NCBI GenBank assembly: GCA_964599625.1
Contig: CAZRGC010000005.1
Coordinates: forward strand, 99,886 to 163,885
Direction of reading: 5' to 3'
DNA length: 64,000 bases
From: an uncultured Gammaproteobacteria bacterium
GTDB lineage: Bacteria > Patescibacteriota > Microgenomatia > UBA8517
Below are positions 28,433 through 37,189 of the stretch, piece by piece (position 1 is the first letter of the stretch; each line of letters starts with the position of its first letter). The notes beneath the pieces are model-generated. The model did no database searches and had not been told where the DNA came from. It saw nothing but the letters and a program-made list of their open reading frames with translations. The translations under genes and the position numbers were made by a program.

Positions 28433-28831
28433 TTGTTGACCAACTTGTATAATTACCTGATGCCAAAAACTTTAAGCGAACCCAACGAAGACTATTTGGA
28501 AAGAATATACGAACTTATGAAAGAAAAAGGTTACGTAAGGGTAACAGATGTTGCAGACAAATTGTCTATAAAACCCGCATCAGTCACCAAGATGTTACAA
28601 AAGCTGGCAAAAAGCGGACACATTAAACGCGAAGCATACAGAGGATTTACACTTACCAAGCTGGGAGAAGATGTTGGCAAGAAAGTACAAAGCAGACATC
28701 AAATTCTTTATAAATTTCTCAAAAAACTCAAAATTCCCGAAAAGATAATCAAAAAAGACATCGAGGGAATGGAACACCATCTAAGTGATATAACACTCAG
28801 TAAAATCAAAAATCTCTCAGAAAAAATTTAA
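28433..28831 (+). CDS. mntR: DtxR/MntR-family metal-dependent transcriptional regulator
   Basis: EDYLERIYELMKEKGYVRVTDVADKLSIKPASVTKMLQKL winged-HTH and metal-binding helix. 6 nt downstream of mntH. Confidence 0.85.
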   Translation: MLTNLYNYLMPKTLSEPNEDYLERIYELMKEKGYVRVTDVADKLSIKPASVTKMLQKLAKSGHIKREAYRGFTLTKLGEDVGKKVQSRHQILYKFLKKLKIPEKIIKKDIEGMEHHLSDITLSKIKNLSEKI

Positions 28832-28833
28832 TA

Positions 28834-30198
28834 TTGGTTTTGGCAAAAACCGCTAAGAATTCACAGTCGAGAACTGATGTATACTTGATTTTACACAGAG
28901 TCACCCAAACCATGTCAGAGTTCACACCCGAAATCTCAATACAGAGACAAGAAATAAATTTTCCTCACGGACAAAGTGCGATAGAGCTCTTCAGGAAAGA
29001 GTTTGGTGATAGCCCAGAAAAAGTCGAACTTTTTGAAAAAGTAGTCGGTGTATTTTTTGACCAAGAAATGAGAAATACACAAATTTTTACCGACTCAAAA
29101 GGGGCATCGCTTCCCTATACAAAAGTCAACTTAACTGAACTGGCGCGCGAGGTAATAGGGTTACAATCACCAGTCAGCGACGAAAAGTACAAGGAAAGGC
29201 ATGAAAAAAAATTCTTTGTTCTACCATCTTTTCCTGCACTGCAAAACGGTCACCAATTTACATTTGTCGAAGTTTCAATGATGCAGGCAATCAAGCAGGT
29301 ACCGGGGATCATTGAAAGCCTAAAGAAAGGCGAGACTCCTGAAGATATTGAGATATTTACATTGGGCTCACCAACCAACAAATTTTGGGGTGAAATCCCA
29401 CAAGCATATTTAGACGAGTTGAAAGGGGACGCATACAAAACCGTGGGAGAAACCTACTCCGAGCTGGTCAAACAAGAACTTGGAGAAACTGAAAGTGCAG
29501 AATTAGGACAATCGGTAGTAATTTATGGTCAATCGATGTCATCAAGCCTTGCTGCCGCCACTGCCGAAGCATTAATTGACAGTAGTGTTGCAACTCAATC
29601 CAACGAAGAAAGGAAAGAAGGCAAACCGTTTATACAAGTCCTTATGGATGCACCCGTCTCTCTAAATCCGTCCAAATTCAGGAAATTTCAAATCAGCTTG
29701 GGTTTTATTCTTGACCCACTTATTGGTGGTTTAAATAAGCAAACTTTAAAAGCAGTTCTTGGTGAAGGACCATTTCTTGAAAAAGTAGCCAACTCCCTTT
29801 TAAAACGTGGTATTTTGACAGACACAGATCCCGAATCAGCCAAAAGAAAAATTGAAGCCAGAACAACGCTAGTTAAGGCAATGTTGGGAAAAAGTATGCC
29901 AGTAGACTCTTCGAGAGTCAAAGTAAACATAAGAAGAGGGCTGTACGATTCTACTGTTAACTCACTAGGTTTTGTCAAAAATGTTATTTCAAAACTAAGA
30001 AAAAACAAAAGTGAGGGAAACGATTCCATTGGAAGTTTCTTGATCAAAGAAAAAGATCTGGACATAAAAGACACCCCTGACAAATCTTCACGCGTTTCGT
30101 TTGTCAAAGATACTCATGCATTTGCAGACAGATATTCGAAAAGTGCCATAAAAAAATGGGGGCGCTACATGGACAGGATCCTCTCTGTTATGGACTAA
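28834..30198 (+). CDS. Hypothetical protein (454 aa)
   Basis: Long hydrophilic ORF 2 nt after mntR. Contains a GQSMSS segment that is only an imperfect GxSxG match. No confident family. Confidence 0.45.
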   Translation: MVLAKTAKNSQSRTDVYLILHRVTQTMSEFTPEISIQRQEINFPHGQSAIELFRKEFGDSPEKVELFEKVVGVFFDQEMRNTQIFTDSKGASLPYTKVNLTELAREVIGLQSPVSDEKYKERHEKKFFVLPSFPALQNGHQFTFVEVSMMQAIKQVPGIIESLKKGETPEDIEIFTLGSPTNKFWGEIPQAYLDELKGDAYKTVGETYSELVKQELGETESAELGQSVVIYGQSMSSSLAAATAEALIDSSVATQSNEERKEGKPFIQVLMDAPVSLNPSKFRKFQISLGFILDPLIGGLNKQTLKAVLGEGPFLEKVANSLLKRGILTDTDPESAKRKIEARTTLVKAMLGKSMPVDSSRVKVNIRRGLYDSTVNSLGFVKNVISKLRKNKSEGNDSIGSFLIKEKDLDIKDTPDKSSRVSFVKDTHAFADRYSKSAIKKWGRYMDRILSVMD

Positions 30199-30219
30199 AA
30201 TTGGCAAAAAAATCTCCCG

Positions 30220-30552
30220 CTAGCCCGGGGTAGAACCGTAATAATGGTCGTCCTGCAAATGCCGTCTGGCACTTTCCATTTCAAACCTAATCCATTTCTT
30301 CTCCGGCATACTTTCCTGAAATGATTTCAAAAGGCTAGCCTGGCTTTTTTCAAAATCGGCAGGCTGATTTTTATCAAAGACTATACCCAATACAGAGATT
30401 TCCTGATCCGACATCTGCTCCAAAACTGCAACTGCAGCATCAAAAAACCCCAAGAATGAATGATTCGAGTCAAAAGCGGCTTTTACCCTAACGAAGAAAA
30501 AACTTAACTCAGGGGGAATATTCTCCCCGCTTTGCAGGCGTTCTTTTCCCAC
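30220..30552 (-). CDS. Hypothetical protein
   Basis: 110-aa ORF downstream of efp on the same strand. Confidence 0.35.
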   Translation of the reverse strand: MGKERLQSGENIPPELSFFFVRVKAAFDSNHSFLGFFDAAVAVLEQMSDQEISVLGIVFDKNQPADFEKSQASLLKSFQESMPEKKWIRFEMESARRHLQDDHYYGSTPG

Positions 30553-30591
30553 AGATAAATTATATACCCAATTAACAAGCTGATGACGAAT

Positions 30592-31158
30592 TTATTTTGT
30601 GCGGCCCAGGTATTCTCCTGAAGTTGTGTCGATAATAACCTTTTCTCCGGTTTTGATAAAAATAGGAACCAAAGCCTCTACTCCTGTTTCCAATTTAACA
30701 GTCTTTTTGGGTGCGTTAACGGTATTGCCTGCGACCACGTCGTGAGCTTCGATAACTTTAAGAGTTACATTTGGAGGAAGCCCAACCCCTATCGCATCCC
30801 CTTTGTACCACATAATCCAACATTTAAGGTTTGGGATAATATACCCCACCTGGTCTTCAACAAGAGAGATCGGAACAGATGCCTGATCAAAAGTTTTGGA
30901 GTTCATGAATACCAAATCACTTCCGTCACGGTACAAAAACTCCATTTCTTTCTTTTCAATATCGGCAACTTCCACCTGCTCGTTGGTTTTATAGGTAAAG
31001 TCCAGCGCAGCCCCACTTTTGACGCTTTTATACTTAACACGCATGATTGCCGCACCTTTCCCAGGAGACATAAAGTCTGCCTTTGTCACCAAATGAGGCT
31101 CCCCCTTGTAAATAAGGTACATACCTTTTTGTATATTGCCGGCGTTTACAGATACCAT
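30592..31158 (-). CDS. efp: Translation elongation factor P
   Basis: YLIYKGEPHLVTKADFMSPGKGAAIMRVKYKSV contains the conserved loop with the modifiable Lys (PGKGAA). 188 aa after trimming to MVSVNAG. Confidence 0.85.
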   Translation of the reverse strand: MVSVNAGNIQKGMYLIYKGEPHLVTKADFMSPGKGAAIMRVKYKSVKSGAALDFTYKTNEQVEVADIEKKEMEFLYRDGSDLVFMNSKTFDQASVPISLVEDQVGYIIPNLKCWIMWYKGDAIGVGLPPNVTLKVIEAHDVVAGNTVNAPKKTVKLETGVEALVPIFIKTGEKVIIDTTSGEYLGRTK

Positions 31159-31218
31159 TGTTTTGTCAAAAAAATCCGACCTCAAGGGCCGTATGCCTAT
31201 TATAACCCAAAAACAACG

Positions 31219-31935
31219 TCATTTTAAAGCCCATTCACCGGCAAAGACCCTTTCTACGCGAGGCTCTTCGCCAGTCTCCGAATATAGACCCTTATTAAAA
31301 TACTGTTTTGCAGAATTTCCTTTTACAATTATATCCCGCGCGCCCCACTCCACTTTTTCGTCCAAGTTCATTAAATTTATACTCCTCCCACCAAATTTTT
31401 GCTTGAAATCAGTAATCTCAGGCTCTGGATACTCCCGTCCTCCATAAAAAATGTTCAAATTTCCCACCTGGCCAACTTTATCCAACTGCTTTAAAAGCTC
31501 ATCCAAACTCACATCTTTGGTTGTTGTAATTCCAGGCATATGATATGCCACTCTTCTGTCCTGTCCGTCAACTTCCAAATCAATTACTATTCCCCAGCAG
31601 GTCCCTATTTGAACAAAAAAATATTCATCTGTTGGCAAACCCATCACCAAGTCTGAGGTATCAACAACAAAAGATCGGGTATCAGAATCTTCATGGGCAA
31701 TAAGAGTCAAATTAGCAAGCCTCCCGTCTCCGCGCCATTTGTGGATCTGAGATCTATAATTGGTGTCATCCATCCCCCAATTGTTTTCAAAATGATCTTC
31801 TATGCCAGGCTCGGGAACTAACACTTTCCGCACGTTTGTTTCGTTCTCCTGCCAGTCAATAGCTGCCAAAACCGCTTCCTCATGAATTTTGGAATAATAT
31901 TCTGGGGGCTTGGAAAAAATCTTATGTCCTTCCAT
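31219..31935 (-). CDS. Hypothetical protein located between efp and epmA
   Basis: 238-aa hydrophilic ORF. 1-nt gap to epmA upstream and 60-nt gap to efp downstream. No recognised motif. Confidence 0.5.
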   Translation of the reverse strand: MEGHKIFSKPPEYYSKIHEEAVLAAIDWQENETNVRKVLVPEPGIEDHFENNWGMDDTNYRSQIHKWRGDGRLANLTLIAHEDSDTRSFVVDTSDLVMGLPTDEYFFVQIGTCWGIVIDLEVDGQDRRVAYHMPGITTTKDVSLDELLKQLDKVGQVGNLNIFYGGREYPEPEITDFKQKFGGRSINLMNLDEKVEWGARDIIVKGNSAKQYFNKGLYSETGEEPRVERVFAGEWALK

Positions 31936-31936
31936 A

Positions 31937-32923
31937 TCAAATATTGAAAATCTCGTCTCCAGGAAAAAACAAAGTATCTGCTACCGATTCTGCATCCGCA
32001 GCTAACATTACTAGTCTGTCTACACCAACTGCAATTCCCGAAACTTCGGGAAGTCCTGAGGCTAGTGCGTCTATCAGGTCGTTGTCTATCGGGTAGTCGG
32101 TTTTACCCATCTTTTTTCTTGTACTCAGATCTTCATCAAAACGCCTTCTTTGTTCTTTGGCATCTGTTAATTCCGAAAAACAATTGCCAAGCTCTATTCC
32201 TGCCAAAAACACTTCAAACCTTTCAGCAAACCTGGGATCTTTTTTTGAAGGCCTGGATAGTGAAGCCTGACTAATTGGGTAATCGTAGATAAAAAATGGC
32301 TTTCCCGACTTGGCCAATTCGGGCTCTATATTATTGAAGAATATTTTATAAAAATCTTCTTCCGAAACCTCCAAGACATTCTTGTTTGCATATTTTTGGA
32401 AAGCCTCTGCAACGCTTATTCTGGGCCATGGCAATGTTAAGTCGTATTCTTTGTCCAAATATTTAAATTTAGAAAGATCTACACCCTCTCCCCTGACTTT
32501 CTTTACAATACTACAAAAAAGATTTTCAAAATCTTCCATAACATTTATATAGTCAGCGCCTACCCTATACCATTCGAGTATGGTAAATTCAGGCGAATGA
32601 AGTCTGCTCACCTCCTCCTCGTTTCTGAAACACTTGGTAATTTCAAAACAGCTGCCAACCCCGGCTGCCAGAAGTTTTTTTATGGAAAACTCAGGGCTCA
32701 TGATCAAAAATCCGCGTCTTTTTTCGCCCCGGGAAGTCCTAAGTTCGGTCTCAAACACTTCCAAATTTGGTTCTATGGATGGAACAGGAACCATTACGGG
32801 AGTAAAAACCTCCCTAAACCCCTGATCCTTAAAAAAACTCCGAATGGTGTCGATAACTTTCTCGCGAGCCAAATATCCAGCAAGGAGTGTGGGTTTTTCT
32901 TTTATTTTTTGCCAGGTTTTCAT
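31937..32923 (-). CDS. epmA: EF-P lysine beta-lysyltransferase-like class II aaRS paralog (EpmA/GenX/PoxA)
   Basis: LysRS-like catalytic core without an anticodon-binding domain. Motif 1/2 region FFKDQGFREVFTPVM...FRNEE, motif 3 GLPEVSGIAVGVDRLVML. Start trimmed to MKTWQKIK (~329 aa). Confidence 0.7.
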   Translation of the reverse strand: MKTWQKIKEKPTLLAGYLAREKVIDTIRSFFKDQGFREVFTPVMVPVPSIEPNLEVFETELRTSRGEKRRGFLIMSPEFSIKKLLAAGVGSCFEITKCFRNEEEVSRLHSPEFTILEWYRVGADYINVMEDFENLFCSIVKKVRGEGVDLSKFKYLDKEYDLTLPWPRISVAEAFQKYANKNVLEVSEEDFYKIFFNNIEPELAKSGKPFFIYDYPISQASLSRPSKKDPRFAERFEVFLAGIELGNCFSELTDAKEQRRRFDEDLSTRKKMGKTDYPIDNDLIDALASGLPEVSGIAVGVDRLVMLAADAESVADTLFFPGDEIFNI

Positions 32924-33038
32924 GGCTACATTATATGAGAAATGACGCCACAGTCCAAAAAGAAACAATAAACTTGACTTATAGGGTATACTTTCTGAAT
33001 TCGTTTGGCACCTTTTAAAGGTAGAAAGAGAGGCTGAA

Positions 33039-33569
33039 ATGTCTACAAGAACCATAACGATTATTTCAGTCGTTTTCATTGCGCTTGTTTTCTCTGCCGT
33101 TTTCGGTATCGGAGGATACAACATCTGGAAGCTAATGAACTTACCAGAACCCATGGGACTGCCTATTGACGAGATGATTACCCATCTTGAATCCAAAGGA
33201 TTCGAGAAGATCTCGTCGGACGGAGTCTGTAACCCAACGAGTTTGTGTGATGTTTACTTCAGCTACGACCTGGCCACAGCTGTTGTTTTCGAAGGAGAAA
33301 CGGTTGAGATTGTCACAAAGATTTCCACATCGTACGACGGCAACCTTCAGCGTGAAACCGCGTTCGACTTTATCCAAAAGTTTTTTGGCAACGAAGTATT
33401 TGGATGGGTGAAGACATCGGTTCCAAAGGTTATCAACCAACTCGATCCGCAAGTGTCTTTGGAGACCAAACTCAATGAAACAGTTGATCGGTATGACATC
33501 GTACTCACTTTCGGGGTTTTTGATCCCACAACCCTTTATATCAAATATAAATTCACAGAAACAAAGTGA
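33039..33569 (+). CDS. Hypothetical membrane-anchored protein
   Basis: N-terminal TM (IISVVFIALVFSAVFGIGGY). 176 aa. Followed by a strong terminator. Confidence 0.45.
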   Translation: MSTRTITIISVVFIALVFSAVFGIGGYNIWKLMNLPEPMGLPIDEMITHLESKGFEKISSDGVCNPTSLCDVYFSYDLATAVVFEGETVEIVTKISTSYDGNLQRETAFDFIQKFFGNEVFGWVKTSVPKVINQLDPQVSLETKLNETVDRYDIVLTFGVFDPTTLYIKYKFTETK

Positions 33570-33572
33570 GCA

Positions 33573-33611
33573 AAAACCCTGAAAGAGAAAATATCCTTTC
33601 AGGGTTTTTTA
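33573..33611 (+). terminator. Rho-independent terminator
   Basis: aaaaaccctgaaag / ctttcagggtttttt: 11-14 bp perfect stem, 10-nt loop, T-run 33605-33610. Confidence 0.8.
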
Positions 33612-33628
33612 ATGTATTATTTTTCTAA

Positions 33629-34010
33629 ATGGAATTTGCAGTAACACTCAAAAGGACAAGAAAAAAGGGATTGGGTGTATTTGCGCTCAAAGACTTTAAA
33701 AAAGGAGAGCTGATCGAAGCTGCGCCTGTTCTTATCTTCACTCCCAAAGACAGGAAAAACTTGGAGAAAACTCCCCTTAGTCACTACATATATCCATGGC
33801 GAAGCACCAGAGGCGCAGCATTAGCGTTTGGATATGGATCGGTTTACAACCATTCCTACCCCCAATGCGGATTGGAAGCAAAATTTCAAAAACCAGACGA
33901 TGGAATACAGGGCGGTCAAAGAAATCAGAGCCGGCGAAGAAATAACTGTTAACTACAACGGAGAGCCGGACGACACTACCCCAATTGATTGGTTCGATGT
34001 CCACGACTAA
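33629..34010 (+). pseudogene. SET-domain protein gene interrupted by a +1 frameshift at a C5 homopolymer (33859-33863)
   Basis: Frame A (33629..33952) gives the SET N-region ending ...YNHSY. Frame B (33828..34010) continues PTPNADW...RAVKEIRAGEEITVNY. Removing one C yields NHSYPNADW, matching the SET NHSCxPNA motif and the post-SET ExxxxY. Confidence 0.6.
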
Positions 34011-34015
34011 ACAGC

Positions 34016-35215
34016 ATGGCAGAGAGAGAAACATTTAAACCAGAAGTACTTGAACCTGTCAGATATGGCGATGCGCTTACTATTGTTGGCGGACATTTTG
34101 CCCAAGATTACGATAACAACAGACTCCTTGCCTCAGCCATAAATTTCGGTTTGGAGGAAAGCCAGGTAGAAGTTGTCAAAAAGGCAATTGAATCCACAGG
34201 TTTCACCCATAGATATTTTTCCAGAAGTCCAGAAGAAGCTCCCGACGTACAAAAAACTTTGGACAAAACAGTAAAAATAGGTGCAAAAATTCTAAAGGAA
34301 ACTCTTCGTGCCCAAAAATGGGATGGGGTGGACCTATTCATCGATACTTCCGCTTTCCTTCCTACACAAATTAACGCTGCAGTTTTAGTGGAAGCAGGAA
34401 TCAATCCCGATAGAGTTGTTTCCAAGTCCTACAGATACGCATGCGCCGGGGCTGTGGGGGCTTTTATAGATACTGTGTCCCGCCCCGAATATCATGGAGC
34501 AAGGGTTGTGATTGCGGCTTTAGAACCCTTAAGTCACTTGGTCAATCCCAAACAATTCCTCTCGCCCGCAACTGTTGCATTTCCCAGCATTTTCGGAGAT
34601 GCCTATACAGCAATGGCGTTCAATCCGGAAAGATTTGAAATATATACAAAAAACATACTTATACAGCCCGACGGAGGTGTTATAAAGCTCAAAACAATGT
34701 ACGGATTTGACAAAAGTAGCGACAGCAAAACCCCCGACTATTACAAATTTGCTGGTGGTGGTGAAAACATCTTTTCTTTTTCGGAAAAAGGAGCCGTTCT
34801 TAATATCCCTGTTCCTGACAACGGAGACGAGGTCTCGATGGATGGCATGGCCACAGGATTCTTTTTTGGGGACCAGACGGCGTCTGTTATCTCAGGGCTT
34901 ATTGAACAAATGGGTAATACCAACCTTCTCAAAGAAATCGGGACAAAAAATGTTATCCTACATGCAGCAAGTAAACCTGTTGTAGACAGGATTGCTAAAC
35001 TTCTCAAACGTCACCCCAAAAAATACTTGGACACTCCTGAGATACCTTTTTTGATGGATGTTGCCGGGTACAGCAATGGTAGTTCTGCAACCACTCTCAA
35101 CAGGCTTAAATATATGATTCAAAACAATATGATAGACCCCGGCAAACCCGTAATGTGGATTGCTCCGGGAATTGGATCAGCGATAGCAGGTGCAGTCGGA
35201 AAAATACACCCATAA
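34016..35215 (+). CDS. Thiolase-fold condensing enzyme, 3-oxoacyl-ACP synthase III (FabH)-like
   Basis: Candidate active-site Cys in SKSYRYACAGAVGAF. C-terminal AGYSNGSSATTLNRL resembles the FabH GNTSAAS Asn motif. Start at the ATG after the SET stop. Confidence 0.45.
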   Translation: MAERETFKPEVLEPVRYGDALTIVGGHFAQDYDNNRLLASAINFGLEESQVEVVKKAIESTGFTHRYFSRSPEEAPDVQKTLDKTVKIGAKILKETLRAQKWDGVDLFIDTSAFLPTQINAAVLVEAGINPDRVVSKSYRYACAGAVGAFIDTVSRPEYHGARVVIAALEPLSHLVNPKQFLSPATVAFPSIFGDAYTAMAFNPERFEIYTKNILIQPDGGVIKLKTMYGFDKSSDSKTPDYYKFAGGGENIFSFSEKGAVLNIPVPDNGDEVSMDGMATGFFFGDQTASVISGLIEQMGNTNLLKEIGTKNVILHAASKPVVDRIAKLLKRHPKKYLDTPEIPFLMDVAGYSNGSSATTLNRLKYMIQNNMIDPGKPVMWIAPGIGSAIAGAVGKIHP

Positions 35216-35247
35216 AATATCCTTGCCATGTTAAACTCTCATCTAGC

Positions 35248-36327
35248 ATGGTTAAACCCAAAAACTATTCACTAGCAGCTGATATCATAAGGACTTTGGC
35301 AATAATTGGAGTAGTAACAATCCACACCGCAAATTCAGTTTTCGAACGTCCCGATTTTTTTGGAGGAATATCCTGGTGGCTTTCAATAATTCTAAATTCG
35401 GTTTCAAGAATAGCAGTTCCCCTTTTTATAATGCTTAGCGGCTATTTCATGCTCGGGAGGGACCGACCTTTCAAAACAACTCTGGACAGAGTCTTAAAAA
35501 GACTTCTACTTCCGCTTCTTTTTTGGACAACATTTACCTATGTTGCGGGTGACCCAAAAAACTTTTTGGAAATTTTTAAATGGGAATATTACCTGCGTTT
35601 TTTTAGCGGAAATGTTTTTTACTACTACTTCTTGGTAATACTGGCGGGTTTGTACTTTATCTCTCCCCTGCTTCGGTCCTACATCAAAGTACAAACACTT
35701 TCCAACCAAAAACGGACGGCTTTGATGTTTTTGGGAGTTGGCGCAGCACAAGCAATAGTTTTTTTCCTTTCAAAAACCTGCGCCCTGGAAAACGCTTTCA
35801 CCAAGTGGGTACCTTTTACCGGACTGTTTTTGTTGGGACATTTGATTGGTACAGGATCATTTAAAAACATAGAAACAAAGAGCTGGAAAGCTATTTACTT
35901 TTCTGGTCTTTTGGCAACAATAGCCCTTAACTACATTTATTACTCCAAAGGTTCTGTAGAGGTCCTTAGATCCAATTATCCCAGCTGTCTAAGCCATTAT
36001 TCTGATTATTACTTAAGCTTAAACGTTATTGCCATGACCGTGAGCGCATTTGCGATTTTGTTTTTTGCAAAATTCGATTTTCTCAAAAATACCATAGCCG
36101 AAAAAATAATATATTCTGTTTCCAGACTATCATTTGGAATATATCTTGTGCATTTAATTGTTGTTGCCCTTTGGGACAAAGGACTGGGTTACGACGTTGA
36201 TCATGCGGGAGTACCTCTTTGGTTGTATCTGATAATTAGAATTTCGGGAGTATTTATAATTTCATTTATTCTCTCCAAAATTCTAAACAGATTTAGTTTT
36301 ACCCGAAAATTAATTGGCGGAAACTGA
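35248..36327 (+). CDS. Acyltransferase family 3 (AT3, OafA/OatA-like) integral membrane protein
   Basis: IRTLAIIGVVTIHTANSV and IAVPLFIMLSGYFML are typical AT3 N-terminal motifs. About 10 TM helices. Confidence 0.75.
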   Translation: MVKPKNYSLAADIIRTLAIIGVVTIHTANSVFERPDFFGGISWWLSIILNSVSRIAVPLFIMLSGYFMLGRDRPFKTTLDRVLKRLLLPLLFWTTFTYVAGDPKNFLEIFKWEYYLRFFSGNVFYYYFLVILAGLYFISPLLRSYIKVQTLSNQKRTALMFLGVGAAQAIVFFLSKTCALENAFTKWVPFTGLFLLGHLIGTGSFKNIETKSWKAIYFSGLLATIALNYIYYSKGSVEVLRSNYPSCLSHYSDYYLSLNVIAMTVSAFAILFFAKFDFLKNTIAEKIIYSVSRLSFGIYLVHLIVVALWDKGLGYDVDHAGVPLWLYLIIRISGVFIISFILSKILNRFSFTRKLIGGN

Positions 36328-36349
36328 AACTTTTTGAGAAAATAAATCA

Positions 36350-37189
36350 ATGAAACTACTTGCCCAAATTATTTTGCTGTCACTTTTAGGATTTGTTGCC
36401 TTTTTGATTGTCAAAGGCGGCAGTCTGACTCAAAAAACCTCTCCTACACCACCACCCGAAGCCGTATCTGTGTTTCCATACAAACCACCCGTGATTCAAC
36501 CCAAAAGATCTTACTTAACAATGTTGATAGGAGATTCTATGACCGAGGCTTTGGGAATGAACGCGGATGGACTAAGGCAAAATCTAATCAGCCATTATCC
36601 CCAAAGTGAATTTGTAAACTACAACTACGGCTATGCATCCACCAACATCCTTTCGCTTAACGATAGACTTACAAAAACCACAGAACACAACAATGAGAAA
36701 AGGCAGTCAATTCTTTCTCAAGGTTTTGATCTTGTTATCTTGGAATCTTTTGCATATAACCCCCTTTCGGAATATGCACTCGGTGACGGACTAAAAAAAT
36801 ATGAAGAAGAATTGGACAAAAATGTGAGATTGATATTAAAAGAAAAACCAAATGTTTACCTGGTTTTGCTTACCCCCATTGCCCCCAACAAAGAAAACTA
36901 TGCCAAATATACCTACAATCTTGCCCCCAACGAGCGGCTTAAATGGGCGGCAGAAAGAGAGGAATACATTAAGACTTTTGTTGCGTATGCCCAAAAAAAT
37001 AATATCCCCCTAATTGATGTTTATGCAGTGTCCAAGGATGACAAAGGCGACGGTGACTTAAAATATATTGATCCGCATGACTTTATTCACCCTTCCAAAG
37101 AAGGGGTGAAACTCATAGAAAAAACCATATCAGACTTTATTTATCAAAAAAGAATATTCCCGATTCAGCCAACAGACCCCTCCATCTGA
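36350..37189 (+). CDS. SGNH/GDSL-family hydrolase (membrane-anchored)
   Basis: N-terminal TM. Block [13 protein letters not shown] (GDS), block [15 protein letters not shown], block [10 protein letters not shown] (DxxH). Confidence 0.65.
   Translation: MKLLAQIILLSLLGFVAFLIVKGGSLTQKTSPTPPPEAVSVFPYKPPVIQPKRSYLTMLIGDSMTEALGMNADGLRQNLISHYPQSEFVNYNYGYASTNILSLNDRLTKTTEHNNEKRQSILSQGFDLVILESFAYNPLSEYALGDGLKKYEEELDKNVRLILKEKPNVYLVLLTPIAPNKENYAKYTYNLAPNERLKWAAEREEYIKTFVAYAQKNNIPLIDVYAVSKDDKGDGDLKYIDPHDFIHPSKEGVKLIEKTISDFIYQKRIFPIQPTDPSI

Noticed and set aside
28834-30198. Alpha/beta-hydrolase assignment for the 454-aa protein based on GQSMSS
   Set aside because: The pentapeptide is GxSxS, not GxSxG, and no His/Asp partners are evident. 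Left as hypothetical.
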